Counted from the stretch's first letter, positions 24,451 to 37,661 are shown. The stretch: 64,000 nt of DNA from Octopus sinensis (GCF_006345805.1 NC_042997.1:176328001-176392000), one strand, 5' to 3'. Notes: generated by a model not told the origin, from the sequence alone. A program made the numbers and translations.

Positions 24451-24832
24451 TTTAGTTAACTAGAAATTAAGAGGTCCCTATCGTCGAATTTGCAATAGGG
24501 AATTAACCAGTTATTTTTAAGTTGTGGATTCTATTTGTCATGTCGTCTGCAGACGGTTTTTATTAAGAGATATAATAGGAATGAAAAAATGGCTTTATAG
24601 CGGTTTTGGCTGCTATTTCTAACATGTAAGGGTTTTGAAACTCTCTTAGTTATAACTGTGACTTGTTCATAATTATAAACGTTCCATATATATAAATATA
24701 CATAGAGAGGTAATGTAACCATCAAAGGGATAGATGTATCCATAGGCACTCCTGATATTACCTCAGTATGTATGGTCCTTGTTATAAGGTATACGGTAGT
24801 AGGTAACTTATAAGGTAAACCGTGGTTTAATA

Positions 24833-25090
24833 AATATAAAGACGATAAGAAATTGGACAATAAACAATGAGGAGTGGATTGTTGGTGTTATAAAGTCATT
24901 ATTTAATTAAGAAGAGATTATGTTTACAGCTGTTTCAGTGTATCAAGCTGGAGTAAATGCAAATTTACCCCAGTTTGAAATACTGAAACAGCTGTAAACA
25001 TATTCTCTTCTTAATTAAATGATGACTTTATAACACCAACGATTCACTTCTCACTGTTTATTGCTCCATTTCTTATCGCCTTAAATATAT
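24833..25090. repeat. About 250-bp palindrome (foldback) with a 4-nt centre
   Basis: Arms meet at gtaaat-gcaa-atttac (24953-24968); about 90% complementary over the inner 100 bp by eye. Confidence 0.92.
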
Positions 25091-25099
25091 ACATATAAT

Positions 25100-26145
25100 C
25101 TTTGCTCGGTAAGGAATGTACAACTGAACATAAGCTAGTGGTTGGTGACTTCATGCTTAGGGCCAGAAAGATCTTGAGATGCAAACCAATATGGAAAAGG
25201 AGGTTGTGGAAATTCAAGGATCCTTCAAATGGGCAGATATTTAAAGATGTCCTTAATGAGGCCTTTGATGAGAAGGAGGAAGAGATAGAGATGTAGAGGA
25301 CAACTGGAAGTTCATACAGGACAACCTACAAAGGGCAACAGACAAAATCTGTGGTTAGAGCAAAGCCTCTGCCAGATCAAGGGAGGCATGGTGTGGAACA
25401 GTGACATTGACAGGGCCATAAAAAGAAGAGACAGGAAAAGAGTGGGTTGCAAAGAATTATATCAGAAGGCTTAAAAGTCAGGCTAGATGTTTGGTTTATC
25501 TAGCTAGGGTGGAAGCAGAAAAGAATAAGTTAGACAATGTCCTACAGTATGAAGAGCAGAAACTTGAACTGTTCCAGACTGCTAGACAGTGTGTCAGAGA
25601 GAATTGAGATATTGTGAGAGAGAAGTGTGTGCAGATAGATAATGGTATGCTTGCACTTAGTGATGTGGACAAGAAAGAAGCATGGAAAAGTTACTATGCA
25701 AGACTATTGAATGTGGAAAATGAATGGGATAAAAGGAGTTTCCTTCATGTGAACATAACAAAGGGACCAGCTATCCTAGTGGACAGCAGTATGGTAGATA
25801 AGGCAATTAAAGGCAGGAAAACCGGGAAAGCCCCTAGTCCATCCAGAATCACTGCTGAGATGAGATGCTCATCTCGTAAGGTAGGAAACAAGCTAATCAC
25901 CCGTATAGTTAGTCAGGTCATTCAGGAAGGTGTAATAGCAAGTCACAGGCATAGCAGCATTATTGTTAGCTGCTACAGGAGTAAGGGAGATTCTTTCAAT
26001 AGAAGCATCAAACTCTTGGACCAGGTGATGAAAATTATGAAGAGAGTTATAGCCCAATTAATTAGGAGCAGAATTAGACTAGACAAAATGCAGTCCAGCT
26101 TTGTCTGAGGAGAGAAGCATTACTGATGTTATTTTCATAGTCAGG
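25100..26145 (+). mobile_element. RTE-clade LINE fragment (end of endonuclease to start of RT)
   Basis: HKLVVGDF...RLWKFKD; KKEAWKSYYARLLN; GKAPSPSRITAEM; IKLLDQVMKI. Confidence 0.88.
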
Positions 26146-26189
26146 AGTAAATACATACATATATATTTATATTTGACACTGCAGCCCTC

Positions 26190-27050
26190 TATTACAACAA
26201 CACTTTGGCAGCCAACAAGTTTACAGACCACATCGCCTTTATCATGGGACCTAACATTCACAAAAGAAAGTGCCACCGTAAAGTCATTTTCTTTGCCCTA
26301 CCCTTTTCACTCAACATCAAAATCTGCATCAGAAAGATCTTCCTTATACTTGTGGATAAGCATTTCATGAAATCTTATAGGTTCAAATGACTACTTGATA
26401 GACACATCTTAAGAGTCTCATTCAGCTGTGCACCCAGTGTAAAAAAGATTTTAGTGACTGCTCTTAAACTCTGCGCAGTGGCAGGATGCTCATGTAGGGC
26501 TAATAGTCAGTGTTCAGTAGGCTCTGGTCTACAAGGCAGAGGTGGTGTCCATCAGTAACAGCAGCAATGGTAGCGATAGGAGTAGTAATAACGACAGAAG
26601 CACCTGATAACAGAGTCAGCAGCAACAATAACAGCAGCACCAACAACATAAAATAATAAAATAATAATGAAATTAATTGTATACAGTGCTCAGGTGCGCC
26701 ACAGTGCTCAGGACACACACACAGGAATATGTTGGAGGAATAGAGGGCTCCTTTAAGCTACTACTAAATAACCACAGGTCCTTTTTTTAGGATCCCAAAG
26801 AGGCATAACATTACGTCTTCGACCAACTACATATAGGGTTTAAAAGAAGAGGATACGCCATACAAGATTAAATGGAAGTGCCTGGACCATACCTCAATGG
26901 GAGCAGATTATGTAAACTTTGTTTGGCTGAGAAGGCAATAATCCTAAAAAATTTGCTTGCTTCAAGGGCATTCTTAAATTTCAAAATTTAAATGTTTAGT
27001 CAGTGCCTGCATGAGAGACATGGATTTCTCTGCTTGCTGACCAGTGTACA
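26190..27050 (+). mobile_element. Penelope-like element remnants (two pieces)
   Basis: RKVIFFALPFSLNIK...FLILVDKHF (26205-26390) and YKIKWK...CKLCLAEK (26860-26950) resemble the PLE RT-linker and GIY-YIG C-terminal motifs. Confidence 0.7.
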
Positions 27051-27269
27051 GAAATCCTTCATAAACTGACCTTTTTCAGGCATAACTGGAACTGTTCAAA
27101 GGGAGATAACCCCATCTCACACGGAGTTTTTGCTTCAAAGAATTTCATTTCAGAGGGGTTTTTTTTTTCACAATCTTGCTGACCAAAATTGCATTCTTAT
27201 CTACATTAGTAAGGAGGTTATGTGCCTCTGGCGAGTAGGTCTGCTGAATTACCTATATTGTTAAGAGCA

Positions 27270-27494
27270 AAGGTAATGAGTTGGCAGAAACGTTAGCACA
27301 CCAGGCGAAATGCTTAGCAGTATTTCATCTGTTGTTACGTTCTGAGTTCAAATTCCACCGAGGTCGACTTTGCCTTTATCCTTTCGGGGTCGATTAAATA
27401 AGTACCAGTTACCAGTTCAATATAATTGACTTAATCCGTTTGTCCGTCCTTGTTTACCCCCTCTGTGTGTAGCCCCTTGTGGGCAGTAAAGAAA
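27270..27494 (+). mobile_element. tRNA-derived SINE (family E here) with a 16-bp target-site duplication
   Basis: tatattgttaagagca at 27254-27269 and 27495-27510; internal gaggtcgactttgccttt.atcctttcggggtcga...aagtaccag core. Confidence 0.92.
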
Positions 27495-27569
27495 TATATT
27501 GTTAAGAGCATATGTATATATGTATATGCTCTCAAATGCCAGGGAGGATCCCTAAAAGTAGTAAGTAGC

Positions 27570-27900
27570 TTCTGTTATCTGCATGAGAACCATCGAGTAT
27601 AAATGTATTGAGAGAAAAATTGGGCATAAGAAGAACCAGAAATAATGTGCAAGAGAGAAGACTGTATTCGGTTGAGCATGTGGTACGTATAAATGAGGAT
27701 AGTTGTATAAAGAAGTGTCATCACTTACAGGAAATGGAATCTGTAAAAGAGGAAGACCCCGTGAGATATGGGATGAAGTAATGAAAACTTATTTTGGACT
27801 GTTGAACCTCATGAAAGAAATTAAAAAGGAGTGAAAAAATTGGTTTATACAATTCTTGGGAAGACCTGTCCAGTTTTATTAGCATGATATGACAAATTCT
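27570..27900 (+). mobile_element. RTE LINE 3' coding remnant
   Basis: EHVVRINEDSCIKKC resembles the RTE GHV.RM.ED..VKKC motif. Confidence 0.65.
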
Positions 27901-28059
27901 CAAGGTATAATGTGTATGCACACAACTGGGTTCTTCACTCTATGTCCCTGTTGTGTCTACAACTACTCTTTTTCTTCCCTTTCCTTTCACCCCCCAAAAA
28001 TGGTTCCTCTTTTTTGAGCTACTCTTTATTGAATCCATCCCTTATCTCCCTCATTGTCC

Positions 28060-29010
28060 CCAGTCATATTTGCCATCCACCTCTTTTCACATTCACTATA
28101 TTCATCATCTATGTACACATATGACCACCTTTACTTTATGTTTATATCATCTCTCACTCTCCTCCCACACCCTTGCAACTGTACCCATCACCCTCCTGAC
28201 TCTTCTTTATTCACATTCTCTTCAGTTCATCTTCTTCGACATGTTACCTTGAGGGTCTGTTCTGGCACCTCGTCATCATTATACTTACGTCTCTTTTGGA
28301 CACCACTCCAGTTACCATCTCAATCCTAGTGACCCATGCAAAGTATAAAGTAGCCATGAATTTCCTCCACAACAATAAACCTGTTCTTCTCCTTCCATCA
28401 CACTTTAATCTCTTAACCCCTCACCAATCTTCACAGAATGTCTCTCAAAGATTTTCTATGCCTACAGCCTTGAGAAAAATATTATACAGTAGGGCCAGGA
28501 ACTCTCACAATAACACTCCCATGCCTCTTCCTTTTTTGTGTCTGTATGACAACATGTGCCATTACCATTTCAGGTACACTTCTCTCTAATGACATCTCAC
28601 TTCTCTCTAGAACTCTACTTAGCAATTCAGAACATCTCACACCTCTGCCTCTCATGTGAAATCCTCTTTCTCTCTGCATCTTCCTTTGTTATGTATATCT
28701 AATGCCTTGTTTCCTTTCTGACCATTTGATATTTTTCTTTTCAGATTACATTCTTCCATTTGTTCCAAACCTGTCGCTAAGCACTTATGATTCTTTCTAT
28801 GCTACTATTGCACCACTATGTTACCTTGCATCTGGCTTGTACCTTGCAACAGTCACAAATCTGGTCTGTAGTCCTCTGGAGGTTGTTTCTCAGAAATTCC
28901 TATTTTCTCTATTTCCTCTTTTCTGCTATAAGTATTGATCAAAGGCCAGTCAAGAACTCTTGGCTTCCTCTATATCTTCCTTCTTTAATTTGTCTTTTTC
29001 TCTGAGTCTT
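28060..29010 (-). mobile_element. Degraded RTE LINE fragment
   Basis: TDTKKEEAWECYCE aligns with SDVDKKEAWKSYYA in the 25614 ORF. Confidence 0.6.
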
Positions 29011-30137
29011 CCATATTCTCAAGTCACTAACTACTAATCTGTATAAGTGATACATAGCAAAAAGACTTTGCATTTACAATTGTCCTTCCGTCTCATTTCA
29101 TGGTGAGAATAAAATATATCAACTAAGTGTCTGTGCCTGATTAGTAGGTAATCAAGTGGTTGGTTAGTTTCCTGAACTTGATATCTCAAAACTTCAGAAG
29201 TTTTCATCCCTCCACATTATAAATCCAATGTATGTAGCAACACTTGCTGTACATGTCACGCAATATAAATATAATAGAACATCAGTAGAGAGTAATTTTT
29301 GTCCAGATTATGTTATGTATGTTTCAATAGCATGGCTATTTATTTGTTCACAATGTATTATACAATATAAGATTATATAACATGAATTACTATTTGAATT
29401 ACACAACCAAATCATCTCTTTCGAACTGTAGATAGTTCAAATCAATCTGCAAAAACTTCCATTTGAATTCTGAGAAATATTTGGAGGAGGTTCAGTGTAA
29501 TCACACCAGCTGTAGAAGGGGGTTGAATTAAAGGAATGGCCAATCAACCAATCTTCTCACAGCAGTACCGATGTACATTAAGTATATGTTACTGGTCAAA
29601 TATTGTTTAGTACTTATCTATAAGTGTTTTATCAATCAGAAATTCTCTCAATGGCTTTATAGCAATAAATTATAATTCAGCTGATGCAACAATACTGGCA
29701 GGGTTTCAGTTAAAGGCAACAGATGATCCCACTGAACGTCAATTGTACTCAAGAAACAAGTATAATAGTGATAAAAATAGCAATAAAAACACTAACAACA
29801 ATAATAACACAGTCACAAATTTTCTGATATTTGTTGATAACAAAGAAAACATTATATATGTGTACATTATCTGTATATTATCTATATATCTGTATATCCT
29901 CACACACTGATATACAGAAAGCCACACAGACACACACACACATACATAATACATACATGTATGTATGTGTATATCTTCAGTTTTGCCTTAATAGATGGGT
30001 CTTCTTGAGTTGGCCTAAGAACCTGAGATCAAACTTTGCTACTTCCATCCAATGTCTTCCAGAGTCTCCTTTTATCATAGATTTCATCCACATTAAGTGA
30101 ATGATACTTCTTTATACAGCTGCCTTCATCCATGTAT

Positions 30138-30518
30138 GGATGGAAGCACTCCGTCGGTTACGACGACAAGGGTTCCGGTTGATCCGATCAACGGAACAGC
30201 CTGCTCGTGAAATTAACGTGTAAGTGGCTGAGCACTCCACATACATGTGTACCCTTAACGTAGTTCTCGGGGATATTCAGTGTGACACAGAGTGACAAGG
30301 CCGGCTCTTTGAAATACAGGTACAACAGAAACAGGAAGTAAGAGTGAGAGAAAGTTGTGGTGAAAGAGTACAGCAGGGATCACCACCATCCCTGCCGGAG
30401 CCTCGTGGAGCTTTAGGTGTTTTCGCTCAATAAACACTCACAACGCCCGGTCTGGGAATCGAAACCGCGGTCCTACGACCATGAGTCCGCTGCCCTAACA
30501 CTGGGCCATTGCGCCTCC
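30138..30518 (-). mobile_element. Family D-head SINE with an alternative tail and a 13-bp target-site duplication
   Basis: ttcatccatgtat (30125-30137) and ttcatccatatat (30519-30531). Confidence 0.92.
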
Positions 30519-31009
30519 TTCATCCATATATATCACATGCTTAAACTAATACAATTTTCTCTTGCACACTACATTTGATTTCTCTCATGCCCAGTTTTTC
30601 ACTCAACACATTTGTACTCTGAAAGTCATGTACACTGACACTGCACATCCAGTGGAAGATTCTTGCTTCATTGCTTTCTAGTTTTCACAAGTTCTCTGCA
30701 TTTAGAGCCTATGGCTCACTACCATGTAGCAATGCTAGTTGTACACAAGTTTTATACAATCTGCTTTTCACTCTCTGTTAGGGAGAAAGCATTCTGAACT
30801 TCCTCCAGCCTGTTCATACTGAGGCCACTATATTGAGAACATCTTCCTACCCAGCTAATTAGGTCATCTACAGATCAGAAGCTATCTACTACCTCAAGGG
30901 ATCCTCCTATGCATTGGAGAAAATCTATTTCCTATGTGTTCTTAATGTTTATTAGGCCTGCATATCTGCTACATATAAAATCTACTTTCTATGTTGACTT
31001 TCATATAAA

Positions 31010-31466
31010 TAATAATAATGAAATTATTGTATACAGTGCTCAGGTGCACCACAACTTGTCAAAAAGTGCGTATAAAGCATGTGCCTTAATGTACAAATGT
31101 CTGGAAAGTGAACAGTGTATGAGTCGGATTCATGCTTGCGTGTGTATGGAGGGGAGAAAATCAGATGTAGTGTTGCCGAATCTCAGAAAGCATGGAAGTT
31201 TTGAAGGATGCAGTGCTCCAACAACTAACAACTGATGCCGGCAGTCTGTTCCATGGTTCAGCAACTCTTAGCATGAAAAAATGTTTCTGAAAGTCATGGG
31301 AGCTGTGCTGTTTTCTGACTTTGTAAACATGTCCATGGGTCTTAGACAGGTGGAGTTTGAAAAGGTGCTCAGAGTTATTGTTTGTAAGATGGTTAATAAT
31401 AATTACCTGTGATTCTACTGCACCTTTTGTGTATCCATAGTTTGCACTAGGTATCCGGAATCTCAT
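31010..31466 (-). mobile_element. CR1-type LINE 3' end
   Basis: THGHVYKVRK...FFMLRVAEPWNRLPASVV...FK; (AAT)n tail. Confidence 0.88.
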
Positions 31467-31599
31467 TTGGAGTAGAGTCCTTTTGTTTTCTTGCTTACTA
31501 AAATTTTAGTCTTTACTAAGATAACTTGAAAGCCCTTTGATTTCGAGTTTTGCTCCCACACCCAGAATTTCTTTTCTCGTTCTTCTATAAATACTGCTA

Positions 31600-32900
31600 T
31601 ACAAGAGTGGGCTGAAAAGTTCATAGGTTGACTATAAAGTGTAATGTTAGAGCTGTGAGATGTTTCATGCATTAATTTCAACTCTTCTTATTAATTCTTT
31701 CCAGGTAAAACTGATATATAATAATAATAATAATTGTGTACAGTGCTCAGGTGCACTACAACTCATCTAAAGTGTATATATAATCAGGTGTAGTTTCGAC
31801 GGATTTCGGGAAGCATGAGGGCCTTAAAGGATGCAGTGTCATGGCAGTCAACAACTGATGCAGGCAGTTTATTCCACGCTTCAGCAACCCTGAGCGTGAA
31901 AAAATGTTTCCGAAAGTCATGGGAGCTGTGCTGTTTTCTGACTTTGTAGGCATGTCCACGTGTGTTAGACACATGGAGATCAAAAAGGTGTTCAGTGTTG
32001 TTGTTGGTGAGGTGGTGAGGTGGGGTGGAGAGGTGGTTTCCATAACTGTTCAAAGATTTCAAAAGTAACGAGACTAGTGGTGACTTCTCTTGAAAATCAA
32101 CAAAATTTGGCATCACAGTGTTATCAAGTACCTGAAGATATTAGCATATCCTGTGAGAGAGTTGAGAATATTCTGCACAATGAACTTGGTATGATGAAGG
32201 TTCCTGCTTGATGGGTGCCACATCTGACACCTGTTCAAAAGCATACCAGGCTGATCACATCATAGGAAAATCTGACATTGTCTGAGCCAGATTCAGCTGG
32301 TTTCTTGAACGTTGGCTTCATCACTTTGAACCAGAGACAAAAAGACAATCCATACAGTGGAAACATCCCCCCTCACCTCCTCCAATGATGGCCTCAGTTT
32401 TGTGGGATGCAAAAGACATTGTGTTTATTGACTATTTTCAAAAAGGCCACTCAGTCAAAGGAGAGTACAATGCCAACTGGTTGAGGCAGTTATGAAAGGC
32501 TGTCAAGTCCAAATGGCCAGGAAAACTGACAAAAGGAATCTTGCTCCATCAGAAAATACTCCAGCACATGTCTTTGGTTTCAGTGGTTGATGTGCATGAC
32601 TGTGACCCTGAACTTATTGATTACCTTCCCTATTCTCCTGATTTGGTCCTATTTGACTATCATCTATCACCCAACAGAAAAAAACACTTAGTTGGGAAAC
32701 AGTATTGCAGTAATGACAATGTCATATCTGCTATTGATGACCTTTTTTTGACCAACAAGATGAAAGCTTCTTCACCAATGGGATTCAAGTACTACAACAC
32801 CAATGGAAGAAGTGTGTGGACTGCAAGGGGGTGTATGTTGAAAAATAAACATCATTTGAGAATATCTTGGTTAACCATTAACATTTCAGCTGACCCTCAA
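31600..32900 (+). mobile_element. Decayed mariner transposon interrupted by a CR1 fragment
   Basis: WVPHLT, WLHHFEPETKRQS, LPYSPDL motifs; degenerate TIRs near 31600-31632 and 32870-32900. Confidence 0.9.
31718..32040 (-). mobile_element. CR1-type LINE 3' end inside the mariner
   Basis: NTRGHAYKVRK...FFTLRVAEAWNKLPASVV. Confidence 0.9.
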
Positions 32901-35900
32901 AAGCTGCTTCACTAGTTACTGGGTATGGCATCTTCCTGTGCAACCTGATTGACTACAAGGGTGATGAGCCTATACCCTTCTTATTTGCAACAAATTACTT
33001 TGCTTCATGCAATGAGGAAGGTGTTTGGCCCTGTTAGTAGCCATCTTCTTGGAAATCTTCAGATTTGTTTACAAATGGCTACTGGCATGATGAGATTTAA
33101 GAAAGAATACTGTTTGGGAGTGAATGCTTGCTTCTCTGGAAGGGATGGTATCTCAGTATTTCATATATGGGATCTAAGAAATATAGTACCTGTATGACAG
33201 AAAGAACATACATCTTTGCTCAAGTTGATGACTCATAATAGCAATTTAAATTCAGAAATAGAAATTTTTATTAAATGTATCCATCAAGACAAGTTTGTAT
33301 TATCTAATTAGAAAACATGTCTTTTGCTAGGATGGCCACACTACAATTCTTCAAATCAGCTTTCCATTGCATGTTAAACTTGGCACACACTTCTGCTTTT
33401 TAACATACCCATAATGTTGGACATTTTTTGAGCTTATCTATTTACAAGATACCAGTACACTTAGACATTCTAATAACACAGACTAAACAATTTTAATACA
33501 GTTTGGTACTTCTTACTATGTTAAACAATGGCTTCTAATTTAGGCACAAAGCCAGTAATATTTGATACCATGAACACCAGAACTTAACTGGAAAATGAGA
33601 ATTCTTGAGACTTTTGTGCCTTTCCTTTTGGAGTTGGTACTAATTGCAGCAAAGTGATTGGTCCATCCTCTCTGGAAGTGGAGACAACTTTAAGAAATTA
33701 ATATTTTATCTTGCACCCTTATTTGTCTTTGCTGTTTAAATACCTCCTACTGTCCACTCTGAATTATTTCTTTCAGCTCAAATTTATTTCAATTATATAT
33801 ATATGTTTGCTTGTAATACTTATATGTATTCACATGCATGTGTGAGTACTACCCAACCTTATGAAACCCGATACAATAGATCTATGATCAAAGATGTTCC
33901 AACTGTAAAAAAATTTTCTTAACATCAAATGTTCTTTTTTCACTGGCATGGGTTCAATGGTTTCACAGATGACCAGCTGCCTAGGCTTCATGTTTGTTTT
34001 GGCATGGTTTTTATAGCTGGATACCCTTCCTGGCACCAACCACTTTACAGTGTGCTGGGTGCTTTTATATGGCACTAGCATGGGTGCTTTTTACAAAACA
34101 CCCATAAGCCTGCAAGATTAGGATTGCTCAGCTCAAGAGAGATAAAGGAGACATGCCTATATGCAAGGATAACCACAATTTTACTTAGCATGATGTATCT
34201 TCTCAAGCATAGCAATCTGCCAGAAGTCTCGGTCCCTTGTCATCCTGTCTGTGAGGCCAAATGTCACAAAATCCTTTCTTAACACTTCATCTCAGATTTT
34301 CCTGGGTCTACTCCTTCCACAATTAGAGATCATGTATCATACATACTATATCAGGCAACATTATTCAATGTATCTTCCTTTGTTAGTGCTGTCATTTATT
34401 CTCTGGGTGAGCCAGTCAAACAGATTAACATTGTATACTTAAAGATATCAAAACTGTGATCAACATCCATTGTTTCCCCTTTTTTTCTTCAGGCATTTTA
34501 GTATCTAAGATTACTGTGTGCAGTCCATTATATTTTAAGACAGTCTTAAGTTATTCTATGGCAAATTGGCTACTATTTCTTAAAGGTCGAGTTACTATGT
34601 AAGATGGCTTGTTTCTGCTTTTACTTCCATTTGAAATATTCTGTAGATTGTTTTGACACTTGCTGTTTAAGAATGGGATGAAAGCCATTTTGTAACATCT
34701 ACACTTTATACATGAAGTGGATGTGAACACTTTCTCGTTTTGAATTCTATGACAATGATTGAAGTGAGGTAATGCTTCTTGTTCAGTATTATGCTGTACA
34801 TATTTACCACTTAATCTCATATATATGAACTCTGAGTACACTTGTAATGATCCAAGCCATTCCAGCTATATATCATCATCATCATCATAATTTTAACATC
34901 TACTTTGGGGGTAGATGAGCAGCTCGTGAGAGCCATCTAAGTTCATGTGCAAGGGTGCTATCAGTAAGGTAAATATGGCAATGAATATAGAGATGAAGTT
35001 AGTGGTTCGCAGTTAAAAACGGCCTCTCTCTATCAATGTCAAAGCAGAGTGTATGAAGCCTGTGTATGGACAGCTATACTACAGGGCAGTGAAACATGGG
35101 AATGACTGCATGCAAAAGCCTAAAAGAAATGAAGCTAGCATGCCTCGCTGGATGAGCATTGTCAGTGTGTATGTACGACAAAGTGTAAATGTCTGAAGAG
35201 ATAAATTGGGTATAAGAGACATCAGATGTTGTGTGAAAGAGTGTTAAGCATACAATAACAAGATTGTAGTTTTGTTTCCTTGACCAGGTAGTATATTGTG
35301 TTCACTCAGCTGTAAATGAGTGACCGTGATGGACTGGCATCCAATGAAGTGGGGAATGGCATGGAAACTGGGTAACTAGTTCTATGAATCCTACAACTCA
35401 AGACAGTTCTTATATACTATTGTATAGTACAGAATACCATTGGAACAAAATGTTTGAATAATAAGAAAACTTATTATCTAAAAATATAATGCTATGATGA
35501 AACCAAGAAGATTTCAGAGAAGTAAGAATATTATAAACAGAAGACTAATAATTTATCACTTTAATTTTTAATTTTCTTATTTAAATTTTAGCTATACATA
35601 AATGTTGAAATAACTTCTCCCTAAAGATGTAAATGTCAGCAAATAGCTTCTTGCATTATGTCCAAATACTCATCACCTATTGTTGATATTTAAACAAATA
35701 ACATACGGCTATTTTTCTGGATTTTTAAAAAATAGTTATATAACCATCTATAAATAATGCAATACAACTTTTCATGAGATATATTTTAATAACTGAACAT
35801 TTTGTATGAAAGAATAATTTTTTTTAATATTTTCAATCAGAATTTTGGAGTAATTTAATGCAACAAGAGAATAAAATCTTCAAATAACCATCACTAGAGA

Positions 35901-36020
35901 TTTCTTTTTAAATTTCATGTTGAAGGGAAAGTAAATAAATGTTCATTGTATTTAAACTTCTTCCAATTTATCTCTTCCATTAAAGAAATACTTTACCATC
36001 ACCTTAGTTTATAAAGAAAA

Positions 36021-36031
36021 ATGTGTGTATG

Positions 36032-36085
<54 letters not shown>

Positions 36086-36111
36086 TAGATAGATAGATAG
36101 ATAGATAGAGA

Positions 36112-36176
<65 letters not shown>

Positions 36177-36233
36177 TGGGTGTGTATGTGTGAGAGAGAG
36201 AGAGAGAGTGAGTGTGTGTGTGAGAGAGAGAGA
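36021..36233. repeat. Compound microsatellite (TA)n(TAGA)n[(GT)8(GA)8]x~4
   Basis: Direct reading. Confidence 0.95.
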
Positions 36234-37557
36234 TAACTATTCAGATGCTGTTCAACTGAGCAAACAACTGAATGCCTATCATGAAAGTTGGAGGAGGATC
36301 CATCAAATATATATATGTTATATATAATTAACCATTTTTTGAATTTGTAATACAAATACTACTGAATTACACTCCTAAAAATAGATTAAAAAAATTTTCT
36401 GTGATTAGAATAAAGAGCAATGAAAACATAATGTTTTAACGAGTAATGTAATAAATGATAGGAATACTATTTCATCATCAAATGTATGGTCATTGGATAA
36501 TCTTTTTTGCCATATTCCTGGTAATTATTTTTCTTCTTTTTTGTTAATCCCTCTCAAGGCCTTTTATTTACAGTTGGACCTAGTAACGAAACAGACAACC
36601 ATAATATGAAGTCATTGCAACAGAGAGATGTGAACTATCTCAAGCTACCAAAACAATAACATTGTAGCAATAAAGTATTTATGATATATTTCTATAGCGA
36701 ACAGTATGGAAAATTATTAAATTTAAAAAAAAAAAATGAATACTGTTTACTAATCTGCAACTCTATAAGAGCTAGTTACAAAGCTAGTCGCATAAAATCT
36801 GATAAAATTATTTTTACAATTACTTATATTTTTCAGAGAAAAGTAATTTACATTCTATAGACTTCTTTCATTGTATTTTTGCTATGTATATATATATATA
36901 TATATTTCCGTAACCAGTTTAGCATTTTTACTTGGCAAGAACTTGGAAAAATCTTTCCAGAAATATAGAGAATACTGGCATAGACCCTGGGCACTGTCTA
37001 CAATGAGAACAGATTTCAAGATGGAAGACGTTTTGGGTTTTAATATCATCAGTTAGAAAATTTATCAAAAATGGAAAATTTGCCCTCCAAAGTATTATGT
37101 CAATCACTTAATGTACATATATGAACAACTGCATAAGGAATGAAACATAGGGAAACTAAACAGGTAGCAAGGCATTTTTTTTTATTCAGTGATATTGTTA
37201 AATTTATACTAGTAGCCAGAGAACAATTTTTCTTTAGGGGGGAGGAAAAAAAGAGAAAGAAAGAATCTGTTTCACCTGAACAAAGTTTTTTTTTTCAATG
37301 CTTCAACGCTCAAACGTATACATGATCATATATCTGTACTGGCTTTTATGTTGAATTATATGAAGCTAACTTAGAATAAGAAGCAATGTACATGTGTGCC
37401 ATATATCTAACATTTTCAACTTTTGTATCAAGTCTGTGTCAGTATTCATGTCAAGTGTGTGAGTGTTTGGGTATGCATGTGTACACCAGTTAGGAATAAT
37501 AGTAGACAGTAGTGTCTTTGCTTGTCAAACAATCTCTTGTTGATATAAAAAATTACA

Positions 37558-37563
37558 TTTATT
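37558..37563 (-). terminator. Candidate polyadenylation signal (AATAAA) for SEC24C/D
   Basis: tttatt on the + strand about 165 nt past the stop. Other AATAAA hexamers lie further downstream (for example near 36565), so the UTR end is uncertain. Confidence 0.35.
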
Positions 37564-37630
37564 ACAGCCTTCCATTTCATGGAATGATAGATTCCCAATG
37601 AAAATTTTTCTTTTTTTTTTTTTGGTTTGT

Positions 37631-37661
<31 letters not shown>

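Noticed and set aside
29640-29759. Possible + strand 120-nt exon (NSLNGFIAINYNSADATILAGFQLKATDDPTERQLYSRN)
   Set aside because: Weak donor, no recognisable family and no partner exons found. Would need TBLASTN or RNA-seq.
30447-30518. tRNA gene
   Set aside because: A/B-box-like head only; it continues into a SINE body with a TSD and has no acceptor stem closure. The same applies to 6990-7057 and the family B and E heads.
34493-34598. Possible + strand exon with a strong acceptor and an AT|GTAAGA donor
   Set aside because: Isolated, no homology recognised, and such pairs arise by chance in AT-rich DNA.
32949-34841. Intergenic ORFs of 82-96 aa as a third gene
   Set aside because: No recognisable domains, no coherent exon chain, and partial overlap with repeats.
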